From the sequence record DRR723986_8478: a stretch of DNA of 53,702 nt; one strand, given 5' to 3'. Of this stretch, positions 28,768 to 37,761 are shown one piece after another. The notes beneath the pieces are model-generated. The model saw nothing but the letters and a program-made list of their open reading frames with translations. It ran no database searches and had not been told where the DNA came from. Position 1 is the stretch's first letter; every line of letters starts with the position of its first letter. The translations under genes and the position numbers were made by a program.

Positions 28768-30021
28768 ATGAACAATCGCAACTCTGACCCGAAAATCGGG
28801 TTGGCCTTGGCTGGCGGCGGCCCCTTGGGCGCAATCTATGAAATTGGCGCATTGGTAGCACTTTCTGAGGCTATCGACGGGCTCGACCTGAATGACATGA
28901 GCGTTTACGTCGGGGTCTCCGCTGGCGGAATTGTGGCCACTGGTTTGGCGCACGATCTAACGCCGCATCAAATTTACAGATTGTTTATTGAAGGTGAGCC
29001 TGAAGAACTTGCCTTCGATCCTTCAATTTTGTTGCGTCCAGCCTGGAAAGAGTACTGGATGCGGCTGCGCAAGGTACCCAGTTTATTGGGCACCGCCATT
29101 TCCGATTATTTTCTACGCGATGACGCCACTTGGGTCAGTTGCATCGAACGCTTGGGTGCTGCAATACCCACGGGTTTGTTCAATGGTGACGAACTGCATG
29201 AATGGATGGCAGATCTGATTGCCAAAGGTGGCGGTACCAATGATTTCCGCAGCCTGCGCAACCGCCTTATTTTGGTGGCCACCGATCTCGATTCCGGCGA
29301 TTCCATTCCCTTTGGCATGCCCGGATTCGATGATGTGCCCATATCAAAAGCGGTGCAAGCCTCTGCATCCCTTCCTGGCCTGTTTCCTCCCACAAGAATT
29401 GCCAACCGGCATTATGTGGACGGCGCGTTGAAAAAAACCCTGCATGCCTCCACCGCCTTAAAAGAGGGCGTGGAACTGTTGATCTGCCTGAACCCGCTCG
29501 TTCCCTACGATGACAGGCTGAACCCAAAAAACCATCGCCGTCGCGCCAAAGGTAAAGCTTTCCAGCCGGGCTCACGGTTATACGAAGGCGGCTTGCCTCT
29601 TGTGTTGTCACAAACATTCAGGTCAATCATCCATTCGCGCATGGACATTGGCATGGAGCGTTACGGACACCTGTACCCCAACGCCGATATTGTGTTGTTT
29701 GAACCTCAACATGGCGACGGAGAGTTTTTCTTCACCAACCCCTTCAGTTACGCCAGCAGACGTCGATTGTGTGAACATGCTTACCAGAGAACACGCGAGG
29801 AACTCTGGGCTAGAAGATATGACTTGGCTGAAAAGTTTTCCAGGCACGGACTGGAATTGAATCTGGAAGTTTTAAAAGATCCGACCCTACACTTAAGCAA
29901 CAACGTTAGCAAAACACCAGCCCGTGCAGGATCAATGGTGTCGAAGTTTGACCAGCTTGAGGATTCACTCAATGAGCTTGATCGTTACCTACGGATCGCA
30001 AAAACCAGAAATGCTGCTTAA
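28768..30021 (+). CDS. Patatin-like phospholipase/esterase
   Basis: LALAGGGPLG, GVSAG nucleophile and YVDG catalytic Asp. Confidence 0.92.
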   Translation: MNNRNSDPKIGLALAGGGPLGAIYEIGALVALSEAIDGLDLNDMSVYVGVSAGGIVATGLAHDLTPHQIYRLFIEGEPEELAFDPSILLRPAWKEYWMRLRKVPSLLGTAISDYFLRDDATWVSCIERLGAAIPTGLFNGDELHEWMADLIAKGGGTNDFRSLRNRLILVATDLDSGDSIPFGMPGFDDVPISKAVQASASLPGLFPPTRIANRHYVDGALKKTLHASTALKEGVELLICLNPLVPYDDRLNPKNHRRRAKGKAFQPGSRLYEGGLPLVLSQTFRSIIHSRMDIGMERYGHLYPNADIVLFEPQHGDGEFFFTNPFSYASRRRLCEHAYQRTREELWARRYDLAEKFSRHGLELNLEVLKDPTLHLSNNVSKTPARAGSMVSKFDQLEDSLNELDRYLRIAKTRNAA

Positions 30022-30174
30022 TGACGCCATTACTCACTGGTAACAAAGGCAGTGAAGCCCCAAATACTCGACAAAACAACGTAGACTAATAATATTCAAA
30101 ATACCAATAACAGACTTGCTGCATGAAGTCTTAAGCTTGATCAGGACTTTGGCCAGACAGGAGACGACCAGAAC

Positions 30175-30843
30175 ATGGAACGCAAGCCTCCAAGAAGAAC
30201 AAGAGAACGGATTCTTGATTTGTCGCTCAGGCTTTTCAATGAATTCGGGGAGCCCAATATTACGACCACCGTGATTGCTGATGAAATGAACATCAGCCCC
30301 GGTAATCTGTATTATCACTTCCGCAATAAAGACGACATCGTCAACAGTATTTTTGCCAGCTTCGAAAAAGAAATCGACGGACTGCTCGACGTACCCGGCA
30401 ACCGTCAGGCCAATATTGAAGATGCCTGGCTGTATCTCCAAGTCTCATTCGAACTGATCTGGCGGTATCGCTTTCTGTACCGCGACTTGAATGATCTGCT
30501 GTCGCGCAACCGTACCCTAGAAATCCATTTCAAACGCATCCTGAAACACAAAGTGGATGTGGCGCGCCGTCTGTGCCAAGGCCTCGTTGAATCGGGCGAC
30601 ATGATGGCCTCACAAGCGCAAATCAATGCATTGGCCACCAATATGGTAGTGGTGGCCACCTATTGGCTGTCATTTGAATACGTGCGCGACCCTCGCCACT
30701 TCAACGACGAAGCCACCATGAGCGCCGCACTGGCCAATGGTGTCTATCAGGTGATGTGTTTGCTGGCGCCCTATTTGCAAGGCAATGCCAAAGAACTGTT
30801 TGAAAGCCTGGCCCAATCTTTTATCACTGAAGAAAACACATAA
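30175..30843 (+). CDS. TetR-family regulator (PhaD/LaoR-like subfamily)
   Basis: TRERILDLSLRLFNEFGEPNITT..ISPGNLYYHFRNK and WRYRFLYRDL. Confidence 0.92.
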   Translation: MERKPPRRTRERILDLSLRLFNEFGEPNITTTVIADEMNISPGNLYYHFRNKDDIVNSIFASFEKEIDGLLDVPGNRQANIEDAWLYLQVSFELIWRYRFLYRDLNDLLSRNRTLEIHFKRILKHKVDVARRLCQGLVESGDMMASQAQINALATNMVVVATYWLSFEYVRDPRHFNDEATMSAALANGVYQVMCLLAPYLQGNAKELFESLAQSFITEENT

Positions 30844-30861
30844 CAAGACCTAGGAGAACTT

Positions 30862-31116
30862 ATGAGCGACTTGAAAGCCCGTTTTGAAAAGGCTGTGGCG
30901 GAATCAAAATCACTGCCCGCCCGCCCTGACAACCAAACCCTGTTGAAAATTTACGCCCTCTTCAAACAATCCACGGAAGGCGATAACACCGGCAAACGCC
31001 CAGGATTCACAGACATTGTTGGTCGTGCAAAATACGATGCATGGAAAGGCCTTGAGGGTACGAGTAACGATCAGGCCATGCAAAATTACATCGACCTGAT
31101 CGAGTCGTTGAAATAA
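30862..31116 (+). CDS. Acyl-CoA-binding protein (ACBP)
   Basis: LLKIYALFKQSTEGD..RPG..GRAKYDAW..AMQNYI signature. Confidence 0.96.
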   Translation: MSDLKARFEKAVAESKSLPARPDNQTLLKIYALFKQSTEGDNTGKRPGFTDIVGRAKYDAWKGLEGTSNDQAMQNYIDLIESLK

Positions 31117-31136
31117 ACCCGAGACCTTCTGGAAAC

Positions 31137-31166
31137 AAAAAACCGGCCGCGGAGGCCGGTTTTTTT
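31137..31166. terminator. Bidirectional Rho-independent terminator
   Basis: AAAAAACCGGCC-GCGGA-GGCCGGTTTTTTT between convergent ACBP and ArsR genes. Confidence 0.9.
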
Positions 31167-31509
31167 ATGGCTGCTTGAAAAAATCAGGCAGCTGCCTTGA
31201 GTCCACAGGCACTGAGTCAAGTTTCGCTGCAACATGAACGCACACAGTTCGGCAAAGCTCCACCACCGTAGGTTCTTTCACTTGGTACAACACCAAAGTA
31301 CCCTCTTTACGGCGCTGTAGAACTCCCGCACGGTACATCAAATTCAGATGGCGTGAGATATTGGACTGTGTAGAGTCCACCTCCTCCACAATGTCATTCA
31401 CAGACTTTTCTCCATTGCACAAGGCATGGATGATCTTCAATCGCGTGGGCTCGGAGAGCACCGCAAAATAGCCAGATACTTGTTCCAGCAGGGAATCCAG
31501 TTCACTCAT
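31165..31509 (-). CDS. ArsR/SmtB-family regulator
   Basis: FAVLSEPTRLKII..QSNISRHL..RRKEG winged HTH. Confidence 0.92.
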   Translation of the reverse strand: MSELDSLLEQVSGYFAVLSEPTRLKIIHALCNGEKSVNDIVEEVDSTQSNISRHLNLMYRAGVLQRRKEGTLVLYQVKEPTVVELCRTVCVHVAAKLDSVPVDSRQLPDFFKQP

Positions 31510-31574
31510 AGCATGACCGATATGTTTTTTTATATTGAACTGATTGTACCCCCGTTTTTACACGGGGGTGGGGC

Positions 31575-33176
31575 TCAATGATTGGCCAGCAAAAGCCCAG
31601 CGTGTTCACGCATGGGGTGAAACTCGATGGTTTCCCATCGCTTTTGCATTACATCGAGATCGAACCTGGATGTTGCCAAAAAAGCATGGGTGTCAGCAGC
31701 ATCAGTCACCATTCGACCCACGTTGGCGTCCATAAACCGGCGCAAATCATTGGCATTTTTGCTGGTCACCCATCGGGCACAACTGTAGCGGCTCGGCGCC
31801 AAACGCACTTCTACCCCATATTCACCCTTCAAACGTGCCTGCACCACTTCAAACTGAAGCTGTCCAATGGCCCCCAACAACATTTCCGAGCCTAGCAGGG
31901 GTTTGAACACCTGAATTGCGCCTTCCTGGCCCAGTTCCATCAACCCCTTTTGCAGTTGCTTGCTACGCATGGGGTCTTTCAATTCAACTGAGGCAAACAA
32001 CTCCGGGGCAAAAAACGGCAAACCTGTGAACTGCAGACCCTCTCCTTCACTGAGCGAGTCACCCAACTGCAGACCGCCGTGGGTGGTTAATCCAATAATG
32101 TCGCCGGCGTAGGCTTCGTCCACGCGATCACGGCGCTGAGAAAGAAAAGTCACCACACTGGTGGGACGGAAATCTTTTCCGGTCCGAAGCACCTTGAACT
32201 TCATACCGTGCTCAAAGCGGCCCGACAAAACCCGCACAAAGGCGATTCGATCGCGGTGGGAAGGATCCATGTTTGCCTGAATTTTGAAAACAACACCGCT
32301 GAATTTACTTTCAGTGGGTGCCACCTCACGCTCGATCGCTTTGCGCGGTCCTGGATGGGGCGCTACATCCACCAATGCATCCAGTACTTCCTGAACACCA
32401 AAGTTGTTCACTGCCGAACCAAAAAACATGGGAGTTTGTTTGCCTGCAAGAAACTCAGAGGCATCAAAGCTGGGCGCAGCTGTGGTAACCAAGTCAATCT
32501 CCTGCTCGGCTTGCTGGAACTCGGCACCGAACCTGCTGCGCAGCAATTCGCGATTGTCGCCGTCAATCACCTCGTCATCCTCGCGACGGCGATCGGCCCC
32601 CGGAGTAAAAACACGCATGTGGTTCTTGCGAATGTCAAAAATACCGTGGAACAACTTCCCTTGCCCCACTGGCCACGCAAATGGCACACAGGGAATTCCA
32701 AGAGTACTTTCAATTTCGTCCATCAATTCGAGGGGATCACGCACCTCGCGGTCCATCTTGTTGACGAAGGTAATGATTGGCGTATTACGCGCGCGGCACA
32801 CTTCAATCAAGCGCAAGGTTTGTGGTTCAACACCATTGGCGGCGTCAATCACCATCAAGGCTGCATCCACCGCAGTAAGTACTCTATAGGTATCTTCGGA
32901 AAAATCCTGGTGACCTGGGGTGTCGAGCAGGTTGATCACCTGATCGCGATACTCCATCTGCATCACCGAGCTGGCCACGGAAATACCACGCTGCTTTTCA
33001 ATTTCCATCCAGTCCGACGTGGCGTGGCGGCTGGCCTTGCGTGCTTTCACACTACCCGCAATTTGAATGGCACCCGCAAACAGCAGCAACTTTTCAGTCA
33101 GCGTAGTTTTGCCCGCATCGGGGTGGGAAATAATTGCAAACGTTCGGCGACGCTTGACTTCAGATTCAATGGACAC
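31575..33176 (-). CDS. prfC: Peptide chain release factor 3
   Basis: RRRTFAIISHPDAGKTTLTEK, DTPGHQDFSEDTYR and NKMD. GTG 33176 is preferred; TTG 33194 is an alternative. Confidence 0.98.
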   Translation of the reverse strand: MSIESEVKRRRTFAIISHPDAGKTTLTEKLLLFAGAIQIAGSVKARKASRHATSDWMEIEKQRGISVASSVMQMEYRDQVINLLDTPGHQDFSEDTYRVLTAVDAALMVIDAANGVEPQTLRLIEVCRARNTPIITFVNKMDREVRDPLELMDEIESTLGIPCVPFAWPVGQGKLFHGIFDIRKNHMRVFTPGADRRREDDEVIDGDNRELLRSRFGAEFQQAEQEIDLVTTAAPSFDASEFLAGKQTPMFFGSAVNNFGVQEVLDALVDVAPHPGPRKAIEREVAPTESKFSGVVFKIQANMDPSHRDRIAFVRVLSGRFEHGMKFKVLRTGKDFRPTSVVTFLSQRRDRVDEAYAGDIIGLTTHGGLQLGDSLSEGEGLQFTGLPFFAPELFASVELKDPMRSKQLQKGLMELGQEGAIQVFKPLLGSEMLLGAIGQLQFEVVQARLKGEYGVEVRLAPSRYSCARWVTSKNANDLRRFMDANVGRMVTDAADTHAFLATSRFDLDVMQKRWETIEFHPMREHAGLLLANH

Positions 33177-33431
33177 AGCAGCCCTTTGGCGCAAAAGCCG
33201 TGATTTTACACGCCCAAGGGGTTAAATTCACCTCCTTTCATTGTCGTATCGATATATAAATCAATACCCTGATAGAAACCCTGTTGCGGACATCCCGTAT
33301 TGCTCATTTTTATTACAACAACGACATTAACACGGTGTTTTTGCACATTCGATTCGTTCACTTAAAGAACGATAACAATCACAAAACCCGAACCCAATGG
33401 GTGCAGTTTTATCAAATCATAGGGGATACCA

Positions 33432-34412
33432 ATGAAAGCAATTCTGGCAAAATCAGCCGTTGCAATCAGCCTGGCCGCGATGGCCATGGGAGCAGCTCAC
33501 GCCGACAAATCCAAGTGGCCCAAAAGCTTTACGGTAGGCACAGCGTCACAGGGTGGCACTTACTATGCCTACGGTGCAGGTTGGGCCAACCTGGTGGCAG
33601 AAACGGTCGGGATTACTGGTGGTGCAGAAGTAACCGGCGGCCCCACTCAGAATCTGGCACTGGTGCACACCGGCAAGCTGGCTTTTGGCATGACCACCAT
33701 GGGGCCCGCCCGCGAAGCATTGGACGGCAAAAGCCCATTGGCTCCCGGCCTGAAAATGAACAAGGTGTGTGCCATGTTCCCCATGTATGAAACCCCGTTC
33801 TCAGTGACCGTGCTGTCCTCCAGTGGCATCAAATCAATCAAAGACATTCCGCCCGGTTCAAAAATCGGTTTCGGCCCGGCCGGCTCTACTTCCGATACCT
33901 ACTTTCCCAAAATGCTGGAAACGCTGGGCGTCAAATTTGAACGCCGTAACGGTGGCTGGAGCGATTTGGGTGGTCAATTGCAGGATGGCTTGATCGACGT
34001 AGTCGCATTCGCCGCCGGTGTGCCCATTCCAGCAGTGACCCAGCTTGAAGTACAAACCAAGATCAATATTCTTGAATTTACGGAAGCTGAGCAAAAGAAA
34101 ATCATGGACACCTACCCGGTGTCTGCATTCCCCATCAAGGCCAATACTTACAAGACATTAACCCAAGACGCCCGTGCTGTATCAATGTGGAACTACGCGA
34201 TTGCCAACTGCGATTTGCCAGAAAGCTTTGTGTATGAGGCCACCAAGGCCGTATTGGACAACAATGAAAAAATGTTGACCATCCACAAAGGCGCGCGCAC
34301 TACCTTGGCGCAAAACTGGGACAAAAACACCTTCATCCCCTTCCACCCCGGTGCTGCAAAGTACTACGAGGAAAAAGGTTTCAAAATCCCAGCTCACTTG
34401 AAACTGAAGTAA
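33432..34412 (+). CDS. TAXI-family TRAP solute-binding protein
   Basis: Signal peptide ending AHA, VGTASQGGTYY, TGGPTQN and IPFHPGA. Confidence 0.93.
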   Translation: MKAILAKSAVAISLAAMAMGAAHADKSKWPKSFTVGTASQGGTYYAYGAGWANLVAETVGITGGAEVTGGPTQNLALVHTGKLAFGMTTMGPAREALDGKSPLAPGLKMNKVCAMFPMYETPFSVTVLSSSGIKSIKDIPPGSKIGFGPAGSTSDTYFPKMLETLGVKFERRNGGWSDLGGQLQDGLIDVVAFAAGVPIPAVTQLEVQTKINILEFTEAEQKKIMDTYPVSAFPIKANTYKTLTQDARAVSMWNYAIANCDLPESFVYEATKAVLDNNEKMLTIHKGARTTLAQNWDKNTFIPFHPGAAKYYEEKGFKIPAHLKLK

Positions 34413-34442
34413 ATATCGATCAATCCATTTGATCCGGTGAAT

Positions 34443-34468
34443 GTCAGGTATTGAATCCAATACCTGAC
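34443..34468 (+). other. Intercistronic hairpin
   Basis: Perfect 11-bp stem GTCAGGTATTG-AATC-CAATACCTGAC with no U-tract. Confidence 0.7.
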
Positions 34469-34511
34469 GCACTTCCGCAACCAGTCTTACTATTCTTGAA
34501 TCGGCTCCATC

Positions 34512-36701
34512 ATGTCCACACCCACTAGCGCATCCAGCACTGCCGCAGAGGATCGACTCATCGCCCAGGGCGTTGATGACGAACCCCCAGCGAATAATCA
34601 GCGCACTTTCACGCAGCACGCGGCTTTAATCGTCTCAATTCTGTCGGCGGGCTACGCCTTTTGGCACGTCTTCTCCTTGAATGTGGCCCCCATAGAAACC
34701 TGGGCTTTTCGCATTCTTCACGTGGCTGGTGCCCTGATTATTGGTTTCATTGCCTACTCGTCTTCAAATGTAGATCAACCCCAACGCGGCAATCCGGGCC
34801 TGATCAAGGCTCTGGCGGCGCTGCTGGCCATGCCGGCGATTTATGCCCTGTACACGGTGTATGACATGCAGCAGATCATCGCTGCAGGCGAGATGATTAC
34901 TCCGGAAATGGAAGTCAACCAATTTGGCATCCCTTTGTCGATAGCTACTTTCGGTGCGATTGTTGGCACCTGGTTTCTGCGACCGCAAGGCACAAAATTC
35001 AACTGGCTTGATGGCACCCTGGTGTTGACCGTGATCGCCAGTACCGCCTACCTCATGGTTCACCTGGATGGAACAGCGTTGCGCATGCGAGCCGGAACTC
35101 CCTTCGCTTCCCCCGGCAACGCTTGGGCTGCAATGGTGGGCTTGGCGCTGATTCTTGAACTGACGCGCCGCGTGGCGGGTAGTGCATTGGTCATCATTTC
35201 CGTTATTTTCGTGGTGTATTCATTCGTAGGGCCTTATCTGCCCGGTTTTCTGACGCACGATGGTTTTGATTTCAGCCGCTTTTTCTCGTACATCTACACC
35301 GACGCAGGCATATTGGGCGCTACCACTGCGGTGTCGTCCACCTACATCATTTTGTTCATCGTTTTCGCCGCTTTTCTCCAAGCCTCCAAGGTGGGCGACT
35401 ACTTCGTCAACTTTGCCTTTGCGGCAGCGGGCCGTGCTCGAGGTGGCCCAGCCAAAGTGGCTGTATTTGCCTCTGGCCTGATGGGCATGATCAACGGCAC
35501 CAGTGCGGGCAATGTGGTTGCCACCGGGTCCTTGACCATACCCCTGATGAAAAAAGTGGGCTACAACGGTAAAACTGCCGGTGCCATCGAAGCCGCTGCC
35601 TCTACAGGCGGGCAAATCATGCCGCCGATCATGGGTGCTGGCGCATTCATCATGGCGGAAATAACAGGCATCCCCTACTCCGAAATTGCAATCGCTGCGG
35701 TTATTCCTGCTGTGCTGTATTTTCTCTCCACCTATCTGATGGTTGACTTTGAAGCGGCCAAGCTCGGTATGCGCGGCATGCGCTCCGATGAGTTACCACA
35801 ATTTTCGAAAATGGTGAAACAGGTCTACCTGTTCATTCCCATCATTATTCTGATTGTTGCTCTGTTCATGGGTTACTCGGTGATACGTGCTGGCACTTTG
35901 GCCACAGCGGCTGCCGCGGTAGTCAGTTGGTTGTCGCCATTCAAAATGGGCCCAAAAAGTATATTCAAGGCCTTCGATTTGGCAGGGGTAATGTCCATCC
36001 AGATCATCACGGTGTGCGCCTGTGCTGGCATCATCGTGGGGGTGATTGCCTTGACTGGTGTTGGCGCCCGCTTCTCTTCCATTCTGCTGGACATCGCTGA
36101 AAATTCACAGTTGATTGCCCTGTTCTTTGCGATGTGCATTGCAATTCTGCTGGGCATGGGCATGCCGACTACAGCCGCCTATGCCGTGGCTGCATCCGTG
36201 GTTGCCCCTGGCCTGATCGAACTTGGCATTCAACCTTTGGTGGCCCACTTCTTTGTGTTCTACTTCGCCGTCATCTCGGCCATTACGCCGCCAGTGGCGC
36301 TGGCCTCGTATGCTGCCGCGGGTATTTCCGGCGCGAACCCAATGGCAACCTCTTTCACCTCATTCAAGATCGGCCTGACTGCGTTTATCGTGCCGTTTAT
36401 GTTTTTTTACAACGCTGCACTACTGATGGAAGGTGAATGGTTTGTGATCTTGCGTGCATTTGTTACAGCGTGCATTGGCGTGTTTTTCCTCGCCGCCTCT
36501 ATTCAAGGCTGGTTCTGGGGAGCACATTCAAATTGGCTAGTACGCGGCATTCTACTCATCGCTGCGCTTTGCATGATTGAGGGCGGTTTGTACACTGATA
36601 TCGGCGGAGCAGTGCTGGCTGTTGTAGCAATTGTTCTTAATAAATTCTTTAAAGGAAAACCAGCACCTGAACCCATGGTTCAGGCCAAGGGAATGGATTA
36701 A
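34512..36701 (+). CDS. TRAP transporter fused 4TM/12TM permease
   Basis: RGGPAKVAV, EAAASTGGQIMPPIMGAGAFIMAE, LGMGMPTTAAY and ITPPVALA. Confidence 0.95.
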   Translation: MSTPTSASSTAAEDRLIAQGVDDEPPANNQRTFTQHAALIVSILSAGYAFWHVFSLNVAPIETWAFRILHVAGALIIGFIAYSSSNVDQPQRGNPGLIKALAALLAMPAIYALYTVYDMQQIIAAGEMITPEMEVNQFGIPLSIATFGAIVGTWFLRPQGTKFNWLDGTLVLTVIASTAYLMVHLDGTALRMRAGTPFASPGNAWAAMVGLALILELTRRVAGSALVIISVIFVVYSFVGPYLPGFLTHDGFDFSRFFSYIYTDAGILGATTAVSSTYIILFIVFAAFLQASKVGDYFVNFAFAAAGRARGGPAKVAVFASGLMGMINGTSAGNVVATGSLTIPLMKKVGYNGKTAGAIEAAASTGGQIMPPIMGAGAFIMAEITGIPYSEIAIAAVIPAVLYFLSTYLMVDFEAAKLGMRGMRSDELPQFSKMVKQVYLFIPIIILIVALFMGYSVIRAGTLATAAAAVVSWLSPFKMGPKSIFKAFDLAGVMSIQIITVCACAGIIVGVIALTGVGARFSSILLDIAENSQLIALFFAMCIAILLGMGMPTTAAYAVAASVVAPGLIELGIQPLVAHFFVFYFAVISAITPPVALASYAAAGISGANPMATSFTSFKIGLTAFIVPFMFFYNAALLMEGEWFVILRAFVTACIGVFFLAASIQGWFWGAHSNWLVRGILLIAALCMIEGGLYTDIGGAVLAVVAIVLNKFFKGKPAPEPMVQAKGMD

Positions 36702-36713
36702 AAAGCCGTACAT

Positions 36714-36752
36714 CCTGAGGCTTTTACACCTATTTTTAGTGTAGAGCCTCAG
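36714..36752 (+). terminator. Long hairpin after the TRAP operon (possible terminator or stabiliser)
   Basis: CCTGAGGCTTTTACAC...GTGTAGAGCCTCAGG inverted repeat with a weak U-tract. Confidence 0.55.
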
Positions 36753-36839
36753 GTTCAAACCCTTTCATTGCGTAATCGATTTCCCTATAGTGCGAAGTGT
36801 CACGAAATTTGACTACCCGCTACCCAAGGAGATCTCACG

Positions 36840-37415
36840 ATGTATGCTTTCGAAAAAACAGCTGAATTGCTGACCAAGACCAACACCGAACTCAAAAACC
36901 AGCACCAAGCTGCTGCCAAGGCCCTGAACAGCCTGGTACAAGCACAATTCGGCCTGCTGTCACAAGGTTTGGGCAACGCATTCACCGCTGCTGAAAAGCT
37001 GCCTTTGGCCGACAAGCCAGTGGTTGTTAACGCACGCACCGAGATCAAGCAAGGCTTGGAAAAAGTGGTGGGCGTAAGCCAGGTTTACACACAAAAAGGT
37101 GTTGAGCTGTTCGAACAGCAATTGCCGGTGGTTATCGACAAAGGTTTTTCTTATGCCGCTTTGGCCCTGTCACAGGCGGAATCCTTGACCGAAAACGCAA
37201 TCACCATGGGTGTAAGCGCTTTGGAACAAGCCAAAAAAAACGAAACCCTGAAGCCCGCCATTGAACAAGCTGAGCAAATTGCTGCCCAGTTGTTCGAAAA
37301 GATTGGTGTTAAAGGTGAAGCTGGTGCGAAAAAAGCTGCCAAGAAGCCTGCTGCCAAGAAAGCTGCTGCTCCACGTGCAAAGCGCGCAGCAGCCGCCCCG
37401 AAGGCTTCAGTCTGA
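36840..37415 (+). CDS. Hypothetical helical protein with Ala/Lys-rich histone-like tail (possible granule-associated protein)
   Basis: Strong AAGGAG RBS, own terminator and a tail reading AKKAAKKPAAKKAAAPRAKRAAAAPK. Confidence 0.8.
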   Translation: MYAFEKTAELLTKTNTELKNQHQAAAKALNSLVQAQFGLLSQGLGNAFTAAEKLPLADKPVVVNARTEIKQGLEKVVGVSQVYTQKGVELFEQQLPVVIDKGFSYAALALSQAESLTENAITMGVSALEQAKKNETLKPAIEQAEQIAAQLFEKIGVKGEAGAKKAAKKPAAKKAAAPRAKRAAAAPKASV

Positions 37416-37453
37416 ATAGACATGGCCCAGCTTGAGCTGCGCTTTGACTAAAT

Positions 37454-37485
37454 AAAAAACCCTCGAGTTCTCGAGGGTTTTTTTT
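37454..37485. terminator. Bidirectional Rho-independent terminator
   Basis: AAAAAACCCTCGAG-TT-CTCGAGGGTTTTTTTT, with T-tracts available on both strands. Confidence 0.9.
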
Positions 37486-37513
37486 ATGGTTGCAAAGAGA
37501 GGTCAGGAAGACA

Positions 37514-37639
37514 CTACAGCAACCACAAAATCAGGCCATAACAAACTGAGGCGCCCAGAATACCAACAAACCACTCTCTTTTGGTTTCCAGTTCGCCCAG
37601 CATGGCTACATCGAAGCTCTTGTTTGCGAAATCATCCAT
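37514..37639 (-). CDS. Putative 41-aa single-pass membrane small protein (below the ORF-track cutoff)
   Basis: Manual translation gives MDDFANKSFDVAMLGELETKREWFVGILGASVCYGLILWLL*. A GGGAG SD lies 8 nt before the ATG, and the ORF ends about 30 nt before the bidirectional terminator. Confidence 0.6.
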   Translation of the reverse strand: MDDFANKSFDVAMLGELETKREWFVGILGASVCYGLILWLL

Positions 37640-37761
37640 GGCAATACTCCCGGTGCATAATGCACATGTGTGTTGATGCCTCTATTTAAGTGCAAATACA
37701 CAGGTGAGTCTTTCCCACAAAGGGGGCCACCTTATTCGACTACCCCCACGAGGTGACCACG

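Noticed and set aside
32208..33203. 331-aa plus-strand ORF (and similar long antisense ORFs over hom, dnaB and the helicase)
   Set aside because: Shadow ORFs opposite well-supported genes.
33228..33238. TCACCTCCTTT, identical to the 16S anti-SD tail and a perfect SD on the minus strand upstream of prfC, inside a tiny ORF (MKGGEFNPLGV)
   Set aside because: There is no other rRNA sequence nearby. It lies upstream of a TAAAAT -10 hexamer (33203-33208) that probably starts the prfC transcript, so it is likely untranscribed. TSS mapping could revive it.
33240..33431. Possible sigma54 promoter for the TAXI-TRAP operon
   Set aside because: No GG-N10-GC with consensus context was found.
37640..37677. 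GTGCATAATGCAC, identical to the junction of the glnA NtrC boxes
   Set aside because: The flanks do not complete a TGCAC-N7-GTGCA site on either side, so it is not called as an NtrC site.
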